Positions 1-9,781 of a DNA stretch of 64,000 bases are shown here, one piece after another. Each line of letters begins with the position of its first letter. The stretch's first letter is position 1. The notes under the pieces were generated by a model. It was not told the origin of the DNA, ran no database searches, and was given only the letters and a program-made list of their open reading frames with translations. The position numbers and the translations under genes were made by a program. The stretch comes from Bacilli bacterium (GTDB lineage Bacteria; Bacillota_I; Bacilli_A; RF39; UBA660): contig JAEENX010000013.1 of NCBI GenBank assembly GCA_016283935.1, forward strand, positions 97,759-161,758, read 5' to 3'.

Positions 1-728
1 TTTTTTATTTAATACATCTAAAGAAACTACTTTACCTTCTCCATCAGATGTTTTAACAATTTCACCCATTTTAGGCAAACATTTTCTATGTTCTGTATAA
101 ACATCATCTTCATAAGATAAACAGCATAATAATCTTCCACATAATCCATTTATTTTTGAAGGATTAAGAGCTATGTTTTGATTCTTAGCCATATTAATAG
201 AAATAGAATCAACACCATTTAAGAAACCAGAACAACATAAAGCCCTTCCACATGGACCTAGTCCACCAACTTCTTTTGCTTTATCTCTTACTCCCATTTG
301 ATGCAATTCAATTCTTGTTTTATATTTAGAAGCTAATTCTTTAACTAAATCTCTAAAATCTATTCTTTCATCAGCAACGAAATTAAAAGTTAATTGTTTT
401 TTATCTAATGTATAAGAAGCATCAACAATTCTCATATCTAAATTTAATTCCATGGCTTTCTTTTTAGCAAAATCTAAAGCTTCTTTAGATTGTCTTAAAT
501 TTTTTTCATAGTCTTTTTCATCTTTATCTGAAGCTAATCTTAATACAGGTTTCATTTTATCAATATTAATATTTTTAGTATTTTCAACATCAATATCAAC
601 TACTTTTCCATATTGAGTACCTTTTTCAGTTTCTACGATAACATGATCATTATTATTTAATTCTAAATTGTCGTATTTAAACAAATAGGATTTTGATGAT
701 GTTTTAAATTTAATTGCACATACTTTCA
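1..728 (-). CDS. PSP1/YaaT(RicT)-like protein. The 3' part is partial because the gene runs off the window start.
   Basis: Reverse-strand translation from ATG at 726-728 gives MKVCAIKFKT...GLGPCGRALCCSGFLNG...LCGRLLCC. The GxCGRxLCC motif is typical of the PSP1 C-terminal domain. Position downstream of holB is as in Bacillus (holB-yaaT). Confidence 0.7.
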
Positions 729-732
729 TATA

Positions 733-1677
733 TTACACCCACTTTATAAATAATTTATTAATGCTCATATCTCTAATACTATTTTTATTTAAATCTGATA
801 TTATTTCATCAATCAACAATATTCTCTTAGATAAAATAGAAATATCATTAACTGAAATTGAATCTAATACCTGATTAGAAAACTCTAAATTATTATAATA
901 ATTATATACTATATTTTCAAATTTAATTGTATAAATTCTCTTTAATAGTTTAAAAATAAATAATATTTCATTTCTTTCTTTTTTTGAAAGATTTTTACTA
1001 TTAGTAATTAACTCATATGATTTCAAATGTTCTAAGTCATAAACTAATTTCATAGTTTGATCAAAATATTTTTCATATTCTTTATCAGTAATATCAAGTA
1101 AACTTAAAATATTATCAGTTCCATATCTAAAATTATATATTTCACATCGTGAAACAATAGTAGATATCATTTTATCAAATGAATCAGTTATAAAGAATCC
1201 AATAATATTAGGATTTGGTTCTTCAAGAAACTTTAATAATTTATTAGCTGCATTTCTATTTAATTTATCTGCTTCGAAAACAATATATATTTGATATTTA
1301 GATACTAAAGGAGTTGTTCTAAATAAATTAACTAAACCATCAATTTGTTTTGTTGTGATTTCAGTCTTTAAAGTATCCAATTTTTTACTTTTTGTAGATA
1401 CTTCTATATCTCTAATTTTTTCATCTTCTTTATCATCTTTATCTAAACGTCTTAATACTAATAAATCAGGATTATTATTATTTTTAATTAAATTACAAAT
1501 TTTGCAAGTACAATGTTCATCTCCATCAACTTCACATTCTATTTGTCTTGCAATATCAATAACATCAGTTAAACAATCATTTATATTATTTGTTTCAATT
1601 AAAAAAGCATGGGAATTATTATTCTCATGAAATGAATTCAAAATAGTTTCCTTAGCTTTTTTACTTTCCATAAACAC
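733..1677 (-). CDS. holB: DNA polymerase III delta' subunit (HolB)
   Basis: 314-aa ORF with AAA+ clamp-loader-like N-terminus (HAFLIE) and Cys cluster (CTCKICNL). Synteny recR-holB-yaaT. The start may be the internal Met (MESKK) at 1671. Confidence 0.7.
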   Translation of the reverse strand: MFMESKKAKETILNSFHENNNSHAFLIETNNINDCLTDVIDIARQIECEVDGDEHCTCKICNLIKNNNNPDLLVLRRLDKDDKEDEKIRDIEVSTKSKKLDTLKTEITTKQIDGLVNLFRTTPLVSKYQIYIVFEADKLNRNAANKLLKFLEEPNPNIIGFFITDSFDKMISTIVSRCEIYNFRYGTDNILSLLDITDKEYEKYFDQTMKLVYDLEHLKSYELITNSKNLSKKERNEILFIFKLLKRIYTIKFENIVYNYYNNLEFSNQVLDSISVNDISILSKRILLIDEIISDLNKNSIRDMSINKLFIKWV

Positions 1678-2277
1678 CTATATTTCTTTTCTATCTACTA
1701 ATGCTCTATCTAATGTTAATGAATCAATATAATCTATATCAACACCAATTGGTATTCCATAAGATAGTCTTGAAACTTTAATATTTTTCTTTTCAAATAT
1801 TTTCTTTATATATAATGTAGTTGTTTCACCTTCTATTGTAGGTTTAAGTGCAATAATAATTTCTGCATCATCATTGTTTTTACCTATTCTATCAACTAAC
1901 CCACTTATATTAATATCTTCAGGATATATTCCATCAATTGGACTTATCAATCCATTCAATACATGATATTTACCATTAAATGTTCCAGTCTTTTCAAACA
2001 TGAAAACTGATTTATAGTCTTCAACAACACATATCAAATTATCATTTCTATTTTTATCAGAACATATATTACAAATATCTTTATCAGTTAAATGTCCACA
2101 TATACGACATGTTTTAATATTTTCTTTAACTTCTTTAACACTTTTTGAAAAATCTTCTATTTCCTTCTCATCTAAATCTAATAAAGAAAGAGCATATCTT
2201 TCAGCACTCTTTTCACCTACACCAGGTAATTTTTTAAAAGAGTTAATCGCGTCTTCTAAACTCTTTGGATATAACAT
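1678..2277 (-). CDS. recR: Recombination protein RecR
   Basis: HhH N-terminus (LPGVGEKSAERYA), C4 zinc finger (CRICGHL..CNIC) and Toprim. The ORF-track start 2292 is a GTG that overlaps ybaB. The ATG at 2275-2277 (MLYPKS...) matches RecR N-termini. Confidence 0.9.
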   Translation of the reverse strand: MLYPKSLEDAINSFKKLPGVGEKSAERYALSLLDLDEKEIEDFSKSVKEVKENIKTCRICGHLTDKDICNICSDKNRNDNLICVVEDYKSVFMFEKTGTFNGKYHVLNGLISPIDGIYPEDINISGLVDRIGKNNDDAEIIIALKPTIEGETTTLYIKKIFEKKNIKVSRLSYGIPIGVDIDYIDSLTLDRALVDRKEI

Positions 2278-2278
2278 A

Positions 2279-2575
2279 TTAGAATAAACCACCTAATTGT
2301 TTTCCGTACATACCCATTTTAGAATCAATATCTTTATCAATTTTACTTATTGCATCATTTAAAGCAATAGCAATCATATCTTCTAAAATTTCGATATCTT
2401 CAGCATCTAATTGCTTATTTTTTATTGTTACTTTCTTCACTGATTTATCTCCCATTAAAACAACATCAACAAATTCTGAAGTACCAGTATATTCAGACTT
2501 ATATATTTCTTCTTGTTTCTTTTGCATATCTTTTTGCATTCTTTGAGCTTGTTGCATTAAAGCATTCATATTCAT
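2279..2575 (-). CDS. ybaB: Nucleoid-associated protein YbaB/EbfC
   Basis: 98 aa. MNALMQQAQRMQ...KKVTIKNKQLDAEDIEILEDMI is typical of the YbaB family. Conserved dnaX-ybaB-recR order. Confidence 0.85.
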   Translation of the reverse strand: MNMNALMQQAQRMQKDMQKKQEEIYKSEYTGTSEFVDVVLMGDKSVKKVTIKNKQLDAEDIEILEDMIAIALNDAISKIDKDIDSKMGMYGKQLGGLF

Positions 2576-2591
2576 AAAAATCTACTCTCCT

Positions 2592-4166
2592 CTATTTAAC
2601 TTCTATTTTATCATCAAATAAACTTTCAGCTAATGAAACTGTATCAGCAGTTTCATTAACATACTTGTCTTCCTTCATGATTTTGTATACTTTATCTTTA
2701 TCAAAATTACTTAAAAGATCTTTCCAGTCTTTTTCAGTAATAAATATTAATTTATATTTAGTATTGTTTATTTCATTAAATTTATTTTCAATTTCATATA
2801 ATTTGTTATTACCTACTAATTTAACAGATTCGGATTTTGAAACTAATAGGATATTATTATCAGAAGCAACTTGAACCATTGTCTTCCCAACTAACAAATT
2901 AAACTCTTTAAGTTTCATATTATTAATTTCATCCATAAATTTAATCCATAAATCATGGCATGTTTGTTTGTAGTCTTTAGAAGCATTAACAAACGAATTG
3001 TTTATTCTAATATTAATAAATTCTTCACACATATTATAATGAGTATTTTTATCTATATATTGTTTTACATCTACTTGACACTTATCATCGATTATTTCCC
3101 GGGAAATAATTTGAGATATTTCGCGACTACTAAGTTTAGTTTCATCATCATTAATAAATGATATAAGTTCTAATTCTAGCATTAAGAAACCATTAGATGA
3201 ATAATTCAATTTACCAGATATATCATTTAATGATTCAATAAGTTTCTTTATTTGATTAAATGCTTGTGTTGATAAATTTCTTTTCTTCATATCAACTGCT
3301 TTATCTATATAACAATCCAACATTTTGTTGATAAGTATTTTTATATCAATACCTGTTAACTTTATATTGTTTAAACTATTAACAAGAGTATCAATATCAT
3401 TATGCAGTATATTGTTATATAGTTCATTAATCTCATCAGTTGTTACAGTACCATAATTGTTTTTGATTACATCAATATCAATTTTGTCAGAAGCTTTTGA
3501 TAGTTGATCTAAAATACTTAAAGCATCTCTCATACCGCCATCAGACAAATAAGATATTTCTTCTAAAGCTTCATCAGAAGCTTTAATTCCTTCAGACTTA
3601 CATACTTTCTTTAAATTATCCACTATTCTATTTCTATCTATTCGTCTAAAATCCAAACGTTGACATCTAGATAAAACTGTAATTGGAACATTTTGTACAT
3701 CTGTAGTTGCTAATATAAATACAACATATTCAGGAGGTTCTTCTAGAACCTTTAGAAAAGCATTCCATGCACTTTTTGAAAGCATATGTACTTCATCCAT
3801 AATATAAACTTTATATTTCATAAATGAAGGTGCAATCATAACCTCTTCTATAATATTTCTAATATTATCTACACCAGTATTAGAAGCAGCATCAATTTCT
3901 ACTATATCAGGAGAACTATTAAAGTTTTGGCATGCAGCACATTCACCGCAAGGAATTCCATCTTTCGGATTTTCACAATTAATAGTCTTAGCAAAAATTC
4001 TTGCACTACTTGTTTTACCTGTACCACGAGGCCCTGTAAATAAATAAGTATGAGCTAACTTATTTTCTATTACAGAATTTTTTAATAGTCTAACGATATG
4101 ATCTTGCCCCATTAATTCATCAAAATTACTAGGTCTATATTTTCTATATAAAACTTGATAGTCCAT
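2592..4166 (-). CDS. dnaX: DNA polymerase III subunit gamma/tau (DnaX)
   Basis: N-terminal YRKYRP..F.E..GQ, Walker A GPRGTGKTS, zinc module CGECAAC, SRC motif (LSRCQRL). Confidence 0.9.
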   Translation of the reverse strand: MDYQVLYRKYRPSNFDELMGQDHIVRLLKNSVIENKLAHTYLFTGPRGTGKTSSARIFAKTINCENPKDGIPCGECAACQNFNSSPDIVEIDAASNTGVDNIRNIIEEVMIAPSFMKYKVYIMDEVHMLSKSAWNAFLKVLEEPPEYVVFILATTDVQNVPITVLSRCQRLDFRRIDRNRIVDNLKKVCKSEGIKASDEALEEISYLSDGGMRDALSILDQLSKASDKIDIDVIKNNYGTVTTDEINELYNNILHNDIDTLVNSLNNIKLTGIDIKILINKMLDCYIDKAVDMKKRNLSTQAFNQIKKLIESLNDISGKLNYSSNGFLMLELELISFINDDETKLSSREISQIISREIIDDKCQVDVKQYIDKNTHYNMCEEFINIRINNSFVNASKDYKQTCHDLWIKFMDEINNMKLKEFNLLVGKTMVQVASDNNILLVSKSESVKLVGNNKLYEIENKFNEINNTKYKLIFITEKDWKDLLSNFDKDKVYKIMKEDKYVNETADTVSLAESLFDDKIEVK

Positions 4167-4241
4167 ACATATTCACCTAGATAAATTATAACATAATACC
4201 GCATATTTATGTACTCTTTTGCATAAAAAAAGATGATAAAA

Positions 4242-4655
4242 TCATCTTACATTTTCTTTAAAAAAAGTACTAAGCATGTTTTTATATGTTTCACGTGAAA
4301 CATCATCTTCAACTTGATTAATAATAGTAGAATTATATTTGTTTTTATTATCTCTTTCTAATAAAAAATATATATTATCTACCCTACTTGCTTTAGCAAC
4401 TTCTAGGCACATATCACATGGATATAAGCTAACATAAAGATCACATCCATCTAATCTCCAATCATTTAGATTCTTTTCAGCTTCTCTAATAGCTATTATT
4501 TCAGCATGATTAGTTACATCCGGTGTATTTAATCTATCATTATGTCCCCTACCTATAATTTTATTATTTTTAACCACTATAGCTCCTATTGGAATGTCTT
4601 TATTATCATAAGATATTTGTGCTTCTTTTATTATTTCCTCTATATATTCATTCAT
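4242..4655 (-). CDS. tadA: tRNA-specific adenosine deaminase TadA
   Basis: CDA-fold motifs HAEIIAIREA and PCDMC. The ORF-track start (4733) would read through the SRP RNA gene. The ATG at 4653-4655 (MNEYIEE) has a GAGGT RBS and gives a 137-aa protein. Confidence 0.85.
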   Translation of the reverse strand: MNEYIEEIIKEAQISYDNKDIPIGAIVVKNNKIIGRGHNDRLNTPDVTNHAEIIAIREAEKNLNDWRLDGCDLYVSLYPCDMCLEVAKASRVDNIYFLLERDNKNKYNSTIINQVEDDVSRETYKNMLSTFFKENVR

Positions 4656-4672
4656 AATTACCTCAATAAAAA

Positions 4673-4749
4673 AAATGCGCACACGATTAGTGAATGTTAT
4701 GGCTGCTGTGTTCCCACTCTGACCAGGTTCCAATATAACCGTTGCGCAA
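4673..4749 (-). ncRNA. ffs: Signal recognition particle RNA. This is the minimal 4.5S/scRNA type of about 77 nt.
   Basis: Minus-strand sequence UGCGCAACGGUUAUAUUGGAACCUGGUCAGAGUGGGAACACAGCAGCCAUAACAUUCACUAAUCGUGUGCGCA followed by U8. It contains the domain IV signature UGGUCAG...GGAA tetraloop...AGCAGCC, closed by a GCGCA/UGCGC terminal stem. Location between tadA and dnaX matches scr placement in Firmicutes. Confidence 0.8.
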
Positions 4750-4752
4750 AAA

Positions 4753-4781
4753 TATTATAACATATCCTATAAATTAATCAA
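4753..4781 (-). promoter_or_regulatory. Putative sigma-A promoter of ffs
   Basis: On the minus strand, TTGATT (plus 4776-4781), a 16-nt spacer, then TATAAT (plus 4753-4758), ending about 6 nt before the SRP RNA 5' stem. Confidence 0.4.
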
Positions 4782-4803
4782 ATAATTAATTTTCATAGTA
4801 TAA

Positions 4804-5192
4804 ATGTTTCACGTGAAACATAAGAAGTAATAAATATTTAAATTAAGGATAAATAATATGTAAATAATTAGATTTAAAAATAATAAATATATATCATAAA
4901 CAAATATTAATGTTTCACGTGAAACATTATAAAAATATAAATATTAAAAAAGAAAATAATAGGTCACTTTTCAAAATATAAAAGAGCATTAATTATCAAA
5001 AATAATTCAGTTTAAATGTATAAAATAGGGAAAATCAATAAAAAAATGTTTCATGTGAAACATTACAAAAATATAAATATAAAAAACAAAGTAATAGGGT
5101 ACTTTTTTTGAAATAAAAAGCATTAAATATCAAATGAACCAGCTTAAAAGTAAAGAATAGGGAATTGATAAAAGATGTTTCACGTGAAACAT
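4804..5192. repeat. Array of a perfect 18-bp palindrome inside diverged tandem units of about 105-135 bp
   Basis: ATGTTTCACGTGAAACAT at 4804-4821, 4910-4927 and 5175-5192; a CATGTG variant at 5046-5063. The AT-rich units 4928-5045 and 5064-5174 are about 75% identical. A fifth copy lies at 4286-4303 inside the tadA 3' end. Confidence 0.75.
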
Positions 5193-5218
5193 AAAAAAAG
5201 AAGCTATTAAGCTTCTTC
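5193..5218 (-). terminator. Rho-independent terminator of gyrA. The stop codon sits in the loop.
   Basis: Minus strand GAAGAAGC-UUAAUA-GCUUCUUU followed by UUUUUUU. Confidence 0.55.
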
Positions 5219-7840
5219 TTTATTTTCATTTACAATTTTGTCAAATGAAGTAGGGGACTCATTAGAATTTTCTGATGTTGATAACTCAGAATCTTCTTCA
5301 TCATCTTTGCTTGTTAAAGAAATTGTTGAAACATATTGATCTTCTTTAAGATTAATTAATCTTACACCTTGAGTTACACGTCCTAATTGAGAAATAGATT
5401 CAACTGTAATTCTAATAATCATACCAGATTCAGTAATAATTAATAAATCTAAATCATCAGTAACATTTTTGAATGCTACCATTGGACCGTTCTTTTCAGT
5501 AATATTAATTGCTGTTACTCCTTTAGATCCACGCTTAGTTAATCTATATTCTGATAATTTAGTTTTCTTTCCATAACCATTCTTAGTTACTATTAAGATA
5601 TTATCATCATCATGAGCTACATCCATACCTAAGCATTCAGCTCCATCAAGGTTAATACCTTTAACACCTGACGCAGTTCTACCCATAGGTCTTACATCAT
5701 TTTCGTTAAATACAACCATTCTACCAGCAGATGAACCTAAACAAACGTTATATGTACCATCTGTTAATAAAACATCTATTAATTCATCATTATCTTTTAA
5801 TGTAATAGCAATCTTACCAGTTTTTCTTATATTATCAAATTCTTCAATTGGAGTTTTCTTAATTAAACCTTGTTTAGTTGCAAAGATTAAGAATCTAGCA
5901 TCGTTATCACGAGAAACTCTAATAACTGAACTTATTTTTTCATCTTTTTCTAATTGAAGTAGGTTAATAATAGGTAATCCTTTAGATTGTCTACTATATT
6001 CAGGAATTTCATAACCTTTTATACGATATGTTCTTCCTTTATTAGTAAAGAACATAATATGATCATGAGTTGAAGCATTAATCAAGAATTTAACGTAGTC
6101 TTCTTCGTTAGTTGACATACCTTTTACACCAACGCCACCTCTGTGTTGAGTTCTATATGTATCAGTAGTTAATCTCTTGATATAACCCTTATCAGTTAAT
6201 GAAATCATAATATTTTGTTCTGGTATTAATGATTCATCTTCAATGAAATCAATAGCTGTCATATCAATGTTAGTACGTCTTTCATCACCGTATTTACGTT
6301 TGATTTCAAGCATTTCATCTTTAATAATACCTAATACTCTTGATTCATTAGCTAAGATATCATGATAATCAGCAATCTTTTCAGCTAATTCTTTTAATTC
6401 ATTTTCAATTGCATCTCTTTCTAATCCAGTTAACTTACCTAATCTCATATTTAAGATATCAGTTGCTTGGATATCGCTTAATGCAAATCTAGACATTAAT
6501 TCAGCTTTAGCAATTTCTTCAGTAGCACTATTTCTAATAATATGTACAACTTCATCAATATGATCTAAAGCAATACGTCTACCTTCTAAAATATGAACTC
6601 TATCTTCAGCTTTGCCTAATATATATTTAGTTCTTCTAATAATAACTTCTTTTTGATAATCAATATATTTAGAAATAATTGATTTCAATCCTAAAGTACG
6701 AGGAACACCATTATCAAGCATTAATAAGATAATTCCATAATTTTTTTGGAAATCTGTATGTTTATATAAATTATTTAAAATAACTTGAGCATTTGCATCT
6801 CTTTTTAATGTAATAGTGATTTTAACACCATTTTTTAAATCTGTATGATAATCAGATATACCATCTAATACTTTTGAATGAACAAGTTCTGCAACTTTAT
6901 TCTTTAATTCTAATGTATTTGTTCCATATGGAACTTCAGTAATAACAATTTGTTGTTTATTATTTTCTTCTATAATTTCAGCTCTAGATCTGATAGTAAT
7001 AGAACCTCTACCAGTTTCGTAAGCTTCAATAATACCTTTATTACCTAATATAACACCGCCAGTAGGGAAGTCAGGACCTTTAATATATTCCATTAATCCT
7101 CTAGTATCAATTTCAGGATTATCAATATATGCAACACATCCATCAATAACTTCACCTAAATTATGAGGTGGAATATTAGTTGCCATACCAACCGCAATAC
7201 CCATAGTACCATTTACTAAAATGTTAGGGAAGCGGGAAGGTAATACAGATGGTTCTTTCTTAGTAAAATCGAAGTTATCATCCATATTTACTGTATCTTT
7301 ATCTATATCTCTTAACATTTCAAGAGATAATTTAGATAATCTTGATTCAGTATAACGCATGGCTGCTGCGCCATCACCTTCGATATTACCAAAGTTACCA
7401 TGGCCATCAACCATTAAATATCTTTGGTTAAAATCTTGTGCCATTCTAACCATTGCTTCATAAATTGAACTATCACCATGTGGATGGTAATTACCCATAA
7501 CGTAACCAACTGTTGTAGCTGATTTTCTATGAGGTTTATCAGGATATAAACCAGATTCATTCATTGCCCATAAAATACGTCTATTAACAGGTTTTAAACC
7601 ATCTCTTAAGTCTGGTAAAGCTCTAGCAGTAATAACAGACATAGAATATTCTAAGAATGAAGTACCAACTTCATCTACAATGTTATTTTCTTCTAATGAA
7701 TCTCTTTCATGGAAATATCCATTAAATTCACTATTATGAATATCTAATGCATTATTTTCTTCATTGTTGATATCTGTTTGGTTTTCAACAGTTTCTTCTA
7801 CTTCTTCAGTAGTTTCAATATTCTTATTTTCTTCTTCCAC
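5207..7840 (-). CDS. gyrA: DNA gyrase subunit A
   Basis: [17 protein letters not shown], active-site region and C-terminal beta-pinwheel repeats. The N-terminus is unusually acidic and the C-terminal tail is Glu/Asp/Ser-rich. The true start within the first ~45 codons is uncertain. Confidence 0.9.
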   Translation of the reverse strand: MEEENKNIETTEEVEETVENQTDINNEENNALDIHNSEFNGYFHERDSLEENNIVDEVGTSFLEYSMSVITARALPDLRDGLKPVNRRILWAMNESGLYPDKPHRKSATTVGYVMGNYHPHGDSSIYEAMVRMAQDFNQRYLMVDGHGNFGNIEGDGAAAMRYTESRLSKLSLEMLRDIDKDTVNMDDNFDFTKKEPSVLPSRFPNILVNGTMGIAVGMATNIPPHNLGEVIDGCVAYIDNPEIDTRGLMEYIKGPDFPTGGVILGNKGIIEAYETGRGSITIRSRAEIIEENNKQQIVITEVPYGTNTLELKNKVAELVHSKVLDGISDYHTDLKNGVKITITLKRDANAQVILNNLYKHTDFQKNYGIILLMLDNGVPRTLGLKSIISKYIDYQKEVIIRRTKYILGKAEDRVHILEGRRIALDHIDEVVHIIRNSATEEIAKAELMSRFALSDIQATDILNMRLGKLTGLERDAIENELKELAEKIADYHDILANESRVLGIIKDEMLEIKRKYGDERRTNIDMTAIDFIEDESLIPEQNIMISLTDKGYIKRLTTDTYRTQHRGGVGVKGMSTNEEDYVKFLINASTHDHIMFFTNKGRTYRIKGYEIPEYSRQSKGLPIINLLQLEKDEKISSVIRVSRDNDARFLIFATKQGLIKKTPIEEFDNIRKTGKIAITLKDNDELIDVLLTDGTYNVCLGSSAGRMVVFNENDVRPMGRTASGVKGINLDGAECLGMDVAHDDDNILIVTKNGYGKKTKLSEYRLTKRGSKGVTAINITEKNGPMVAFKNVTDDLDLLIITESGMIIRITVESISQLGRVTQGVRLINLKEDQYVSTISLTSKDDEEDSELSTSENSNESPTSFDKIVNENKEEA

Positions 7841-7854
7841 TTTAAAAACCTCCC

Positions 7855-9780
7855 TTAAATATCTAAGTTAATATTACCGTATCCAGCATTTTCTACTATA
7901 AATTCACGTCTAGGTTCAACTTCGTCACCCATAAGTTTTTCAAATATAGCATCTGCTGCAACACAGTCATTAACTGTAATCTTTCTTAATACTCTTTGAT
8001 TAATATCCATTGTTGTTTCGTATAATTCCTCAGCATCCATTTCACCAAGACCTTTCATACGAGCAACTTCAAATTTAGTTTTAGGATCTAAATTATTAAT
8101 ATAATCATCTTTTTCTTTATCATTTAGTACATATTTACGAGTTTTACCATGCATTATTCTAAATAATGGTGGTTGAGCTGCATAAACATGACCAGCTTCT
8201 ACAATTGGTCTAAAGAATCTATAGAATAGGGTAAGTAATAATACTCTAATATGAGATCCATCGACATCGGCATCGGTCATGATTATTATTTTATGATATC
8301 TTAATTTTTCCAAATCAAATTCATCACCAATACCAGTACCAAATGCAGTAATAATTGTTCTAATTTCTTCATTTGATAATGCTCTATCTAATCTAGCTTT
8401 TTCTACATTTAAGATTTTACCTCTTAAAGGAAGAATTGCTTGAGTCATCGAATCTCTACCTTTTTTAGCAGATCCACCAGCACTATCTCCTTCGACTATA
8501 AATATTTCAGATTCAGTTGGATCTTTAGATTTACAATCAGATAACTTACCAAAGAATGAAGTTTGTCCAATTTCACTCTTACGAGTAATTTCTCTAGCTT
8601 TCTTAGCTGCATTTCTAGCTCTACAAGCTAACATTGCTTTTTGAACTATAGCTTTAGCTTCTTCTGGATTTTCTAATAAGAATCTTTCAAATCCTTGACT
8701 AAATACATCAGATGCAAGTTTTCTTACTTCTGAGTTTCCTAATCTACCTTTTGTTTGTCCTTCAAATTGTGGGTTAGGGTGCTTACAAGAAATAATCATT
8801 GTTAAACCTTCTTTAACGTCGTCTCCTGTAAGATTATCATCTTTTTCCTTTAGAATACCGTTCTTTTGTGCATATTTATTAATACAAGCAGTTAAAGCTC
8901 TTCTAACTCCTTCTTCATGTGTTCCACCATCATGAGTATTAATATTATTAACGAATGAATAAATATTATCATTATATGAAGTATTATATTGCATTGCTAC
9001 TTCAAACATAACGTTATCTTCTTCACCTTCAAAATAAATAATATCTTCATGAATTGGAGTTTTTCCTTGATTAATAAATTTTACGTATTCTTTAATACCA
9101 CCTTCATATAAGAAATGATCACCAGTAGTATCTTCTTCATCTCTATCATCTCTAAGATTAATAGCTAAACCTTTATTTAAGAAAGCTAACTCTCTTATTC
9201 TAGTTTTTAATGTTTCATAATCATAGATTTCAGAATCAAAAATGTCTCCATCTGGTTTAAATGTTACAGTAGTACCACTTCTATCGTCTTCATAAGTACC
9301 AATTTCTTTTAATGGTTCTACGGTATGTCCACCGTTTTCAAAACGAATAGAGTAGATTTTACCATTTTTATATACTTTAACTTCTACCCATTTAGATAGT
9401 GCGTTAACTACAGATGCACCTACACCATGTAATCCACCAGATACTTTATATCCTCCACCACCAAATTTTCCACCAGCATGTAATACAGTATAAACTGTTT
9501 CAACTGTAGATATACCTGTTTTAGGATGGATATCAACTGGAATACCACGACCATCATCTTTAACAGTTATACTATTGTCTTTATTAATTATTACATCAAT
9601 ATTATGACAATAACCAGCTAAAGCTTCATCTATCGCATTATCAACAATTTCCCATACTAAATGATGTAATCCTTTTAAATCAGTAGTACCAATGTACATA
9701 CCAGGTCTTTTTCTAACAGCCTCTAATCCTTCAAGTACTTGAATGTCGGATGCGTCATAATGTTCAATATTTTCAGCCAT
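7855..9780 (-). CDS. gyrB: DNA gyrase subunit B
   Basis: GHKL ATPase ([15 protein letters not shown]), Toprim ([14 protein letters not shown]) and the [12 protein letters not shown] motif. Confidence 0.95.
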   Translation of the reverse strand: MAENIEHYDASDIQVLEGLEAVRKRPGMYIGTTDLKGLHHLVWEIVDNAIDEALAGYCHNIDVIINKDNSITVKDDGRGIPVDIHPKTGISTVETVYTVLHAGGKFGGGGYKVSGGLHGVGASVVNALSKWVEVKVYKNGKIYSIRFENGGHTVEPLKEIGTYEDDRSGTTVTFKPDGDIFDSEIYDYETLKTRIRELAFLNKGLAINLRDDRDEEDTTGDHFLYEGGIKEYVKFINQGKTPIHEDIIYFEGEEDNVMFEVAMQYNTSYNDNIYSFVNNINTHDGGTHEEGVRRALTACINKYAQKNGILKEKDDNLTGDDVKEGLTMIISCKHPNPQFEGQTKGRLGNSEVRKLASDVFSQGFERFLLENPEEAKAIVQKAMLACRARNAAKKAREITRKSEIGQTSFFGKLSDCKSKDPTESEIFIVEGDSAGGSAKKGRDSMTQAILPLRGKILNVEKARLDRALSNEEIRTIITAFGTGIGDEFDLEKLRYHKIIIMTDADVDGSHIRVLLLTLFYRFFRPIVEAGHVYAAQPPLFRIMHGKTRKYVLNDKEKDDYINNLDPKTKFEVARMKGLGEMDAEELYETTMDINQRVLRKITVNDCVAADAIFEKLMGDEVEPRREFIVENAGYGNINLDI

Positions 9781-9781
9781 A

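Noticed and set aside
1355-1630. Short plus-strand ORFs embedded antisense in holB, dnaX, recF, dnaN and others (1355..1630, 2665..2874, 2955..3161, 9903..10109, 12399..12668, 17396..17683, 18413..18637 and similar)
   Set aside because: They lie entirely within well-supported genes on the opposite strand and have low-complexity composition. They are artefacts of AT-rich sequence.
4242-4733. 163-aa ORF-track version of tadA with N-terminal MEPGQSGNTAAITFTNRVRIFFIEVI
   Set aside because: This extension is the reverse-strand read-through of the SRP RNA gene. The RBS-backed ATG at 4655 gives a normal TadA.
4804-5192. CRISPR array hypothesis for the palindromic repeats
   Set aside because: The spacers are about 90-120 bp, mutually homologous (tandem duplication) and AT-rich. 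There are no cas genes. The repeat is a perfect palindrome, atypical for CRISPR.
5035-5229. 64-aa ORF on the minus strand within the repeat region
   Set aside because: It is translated from low-complexity AT-rich repeat sequence with no RBS, and overlaps the gyrA terminator.
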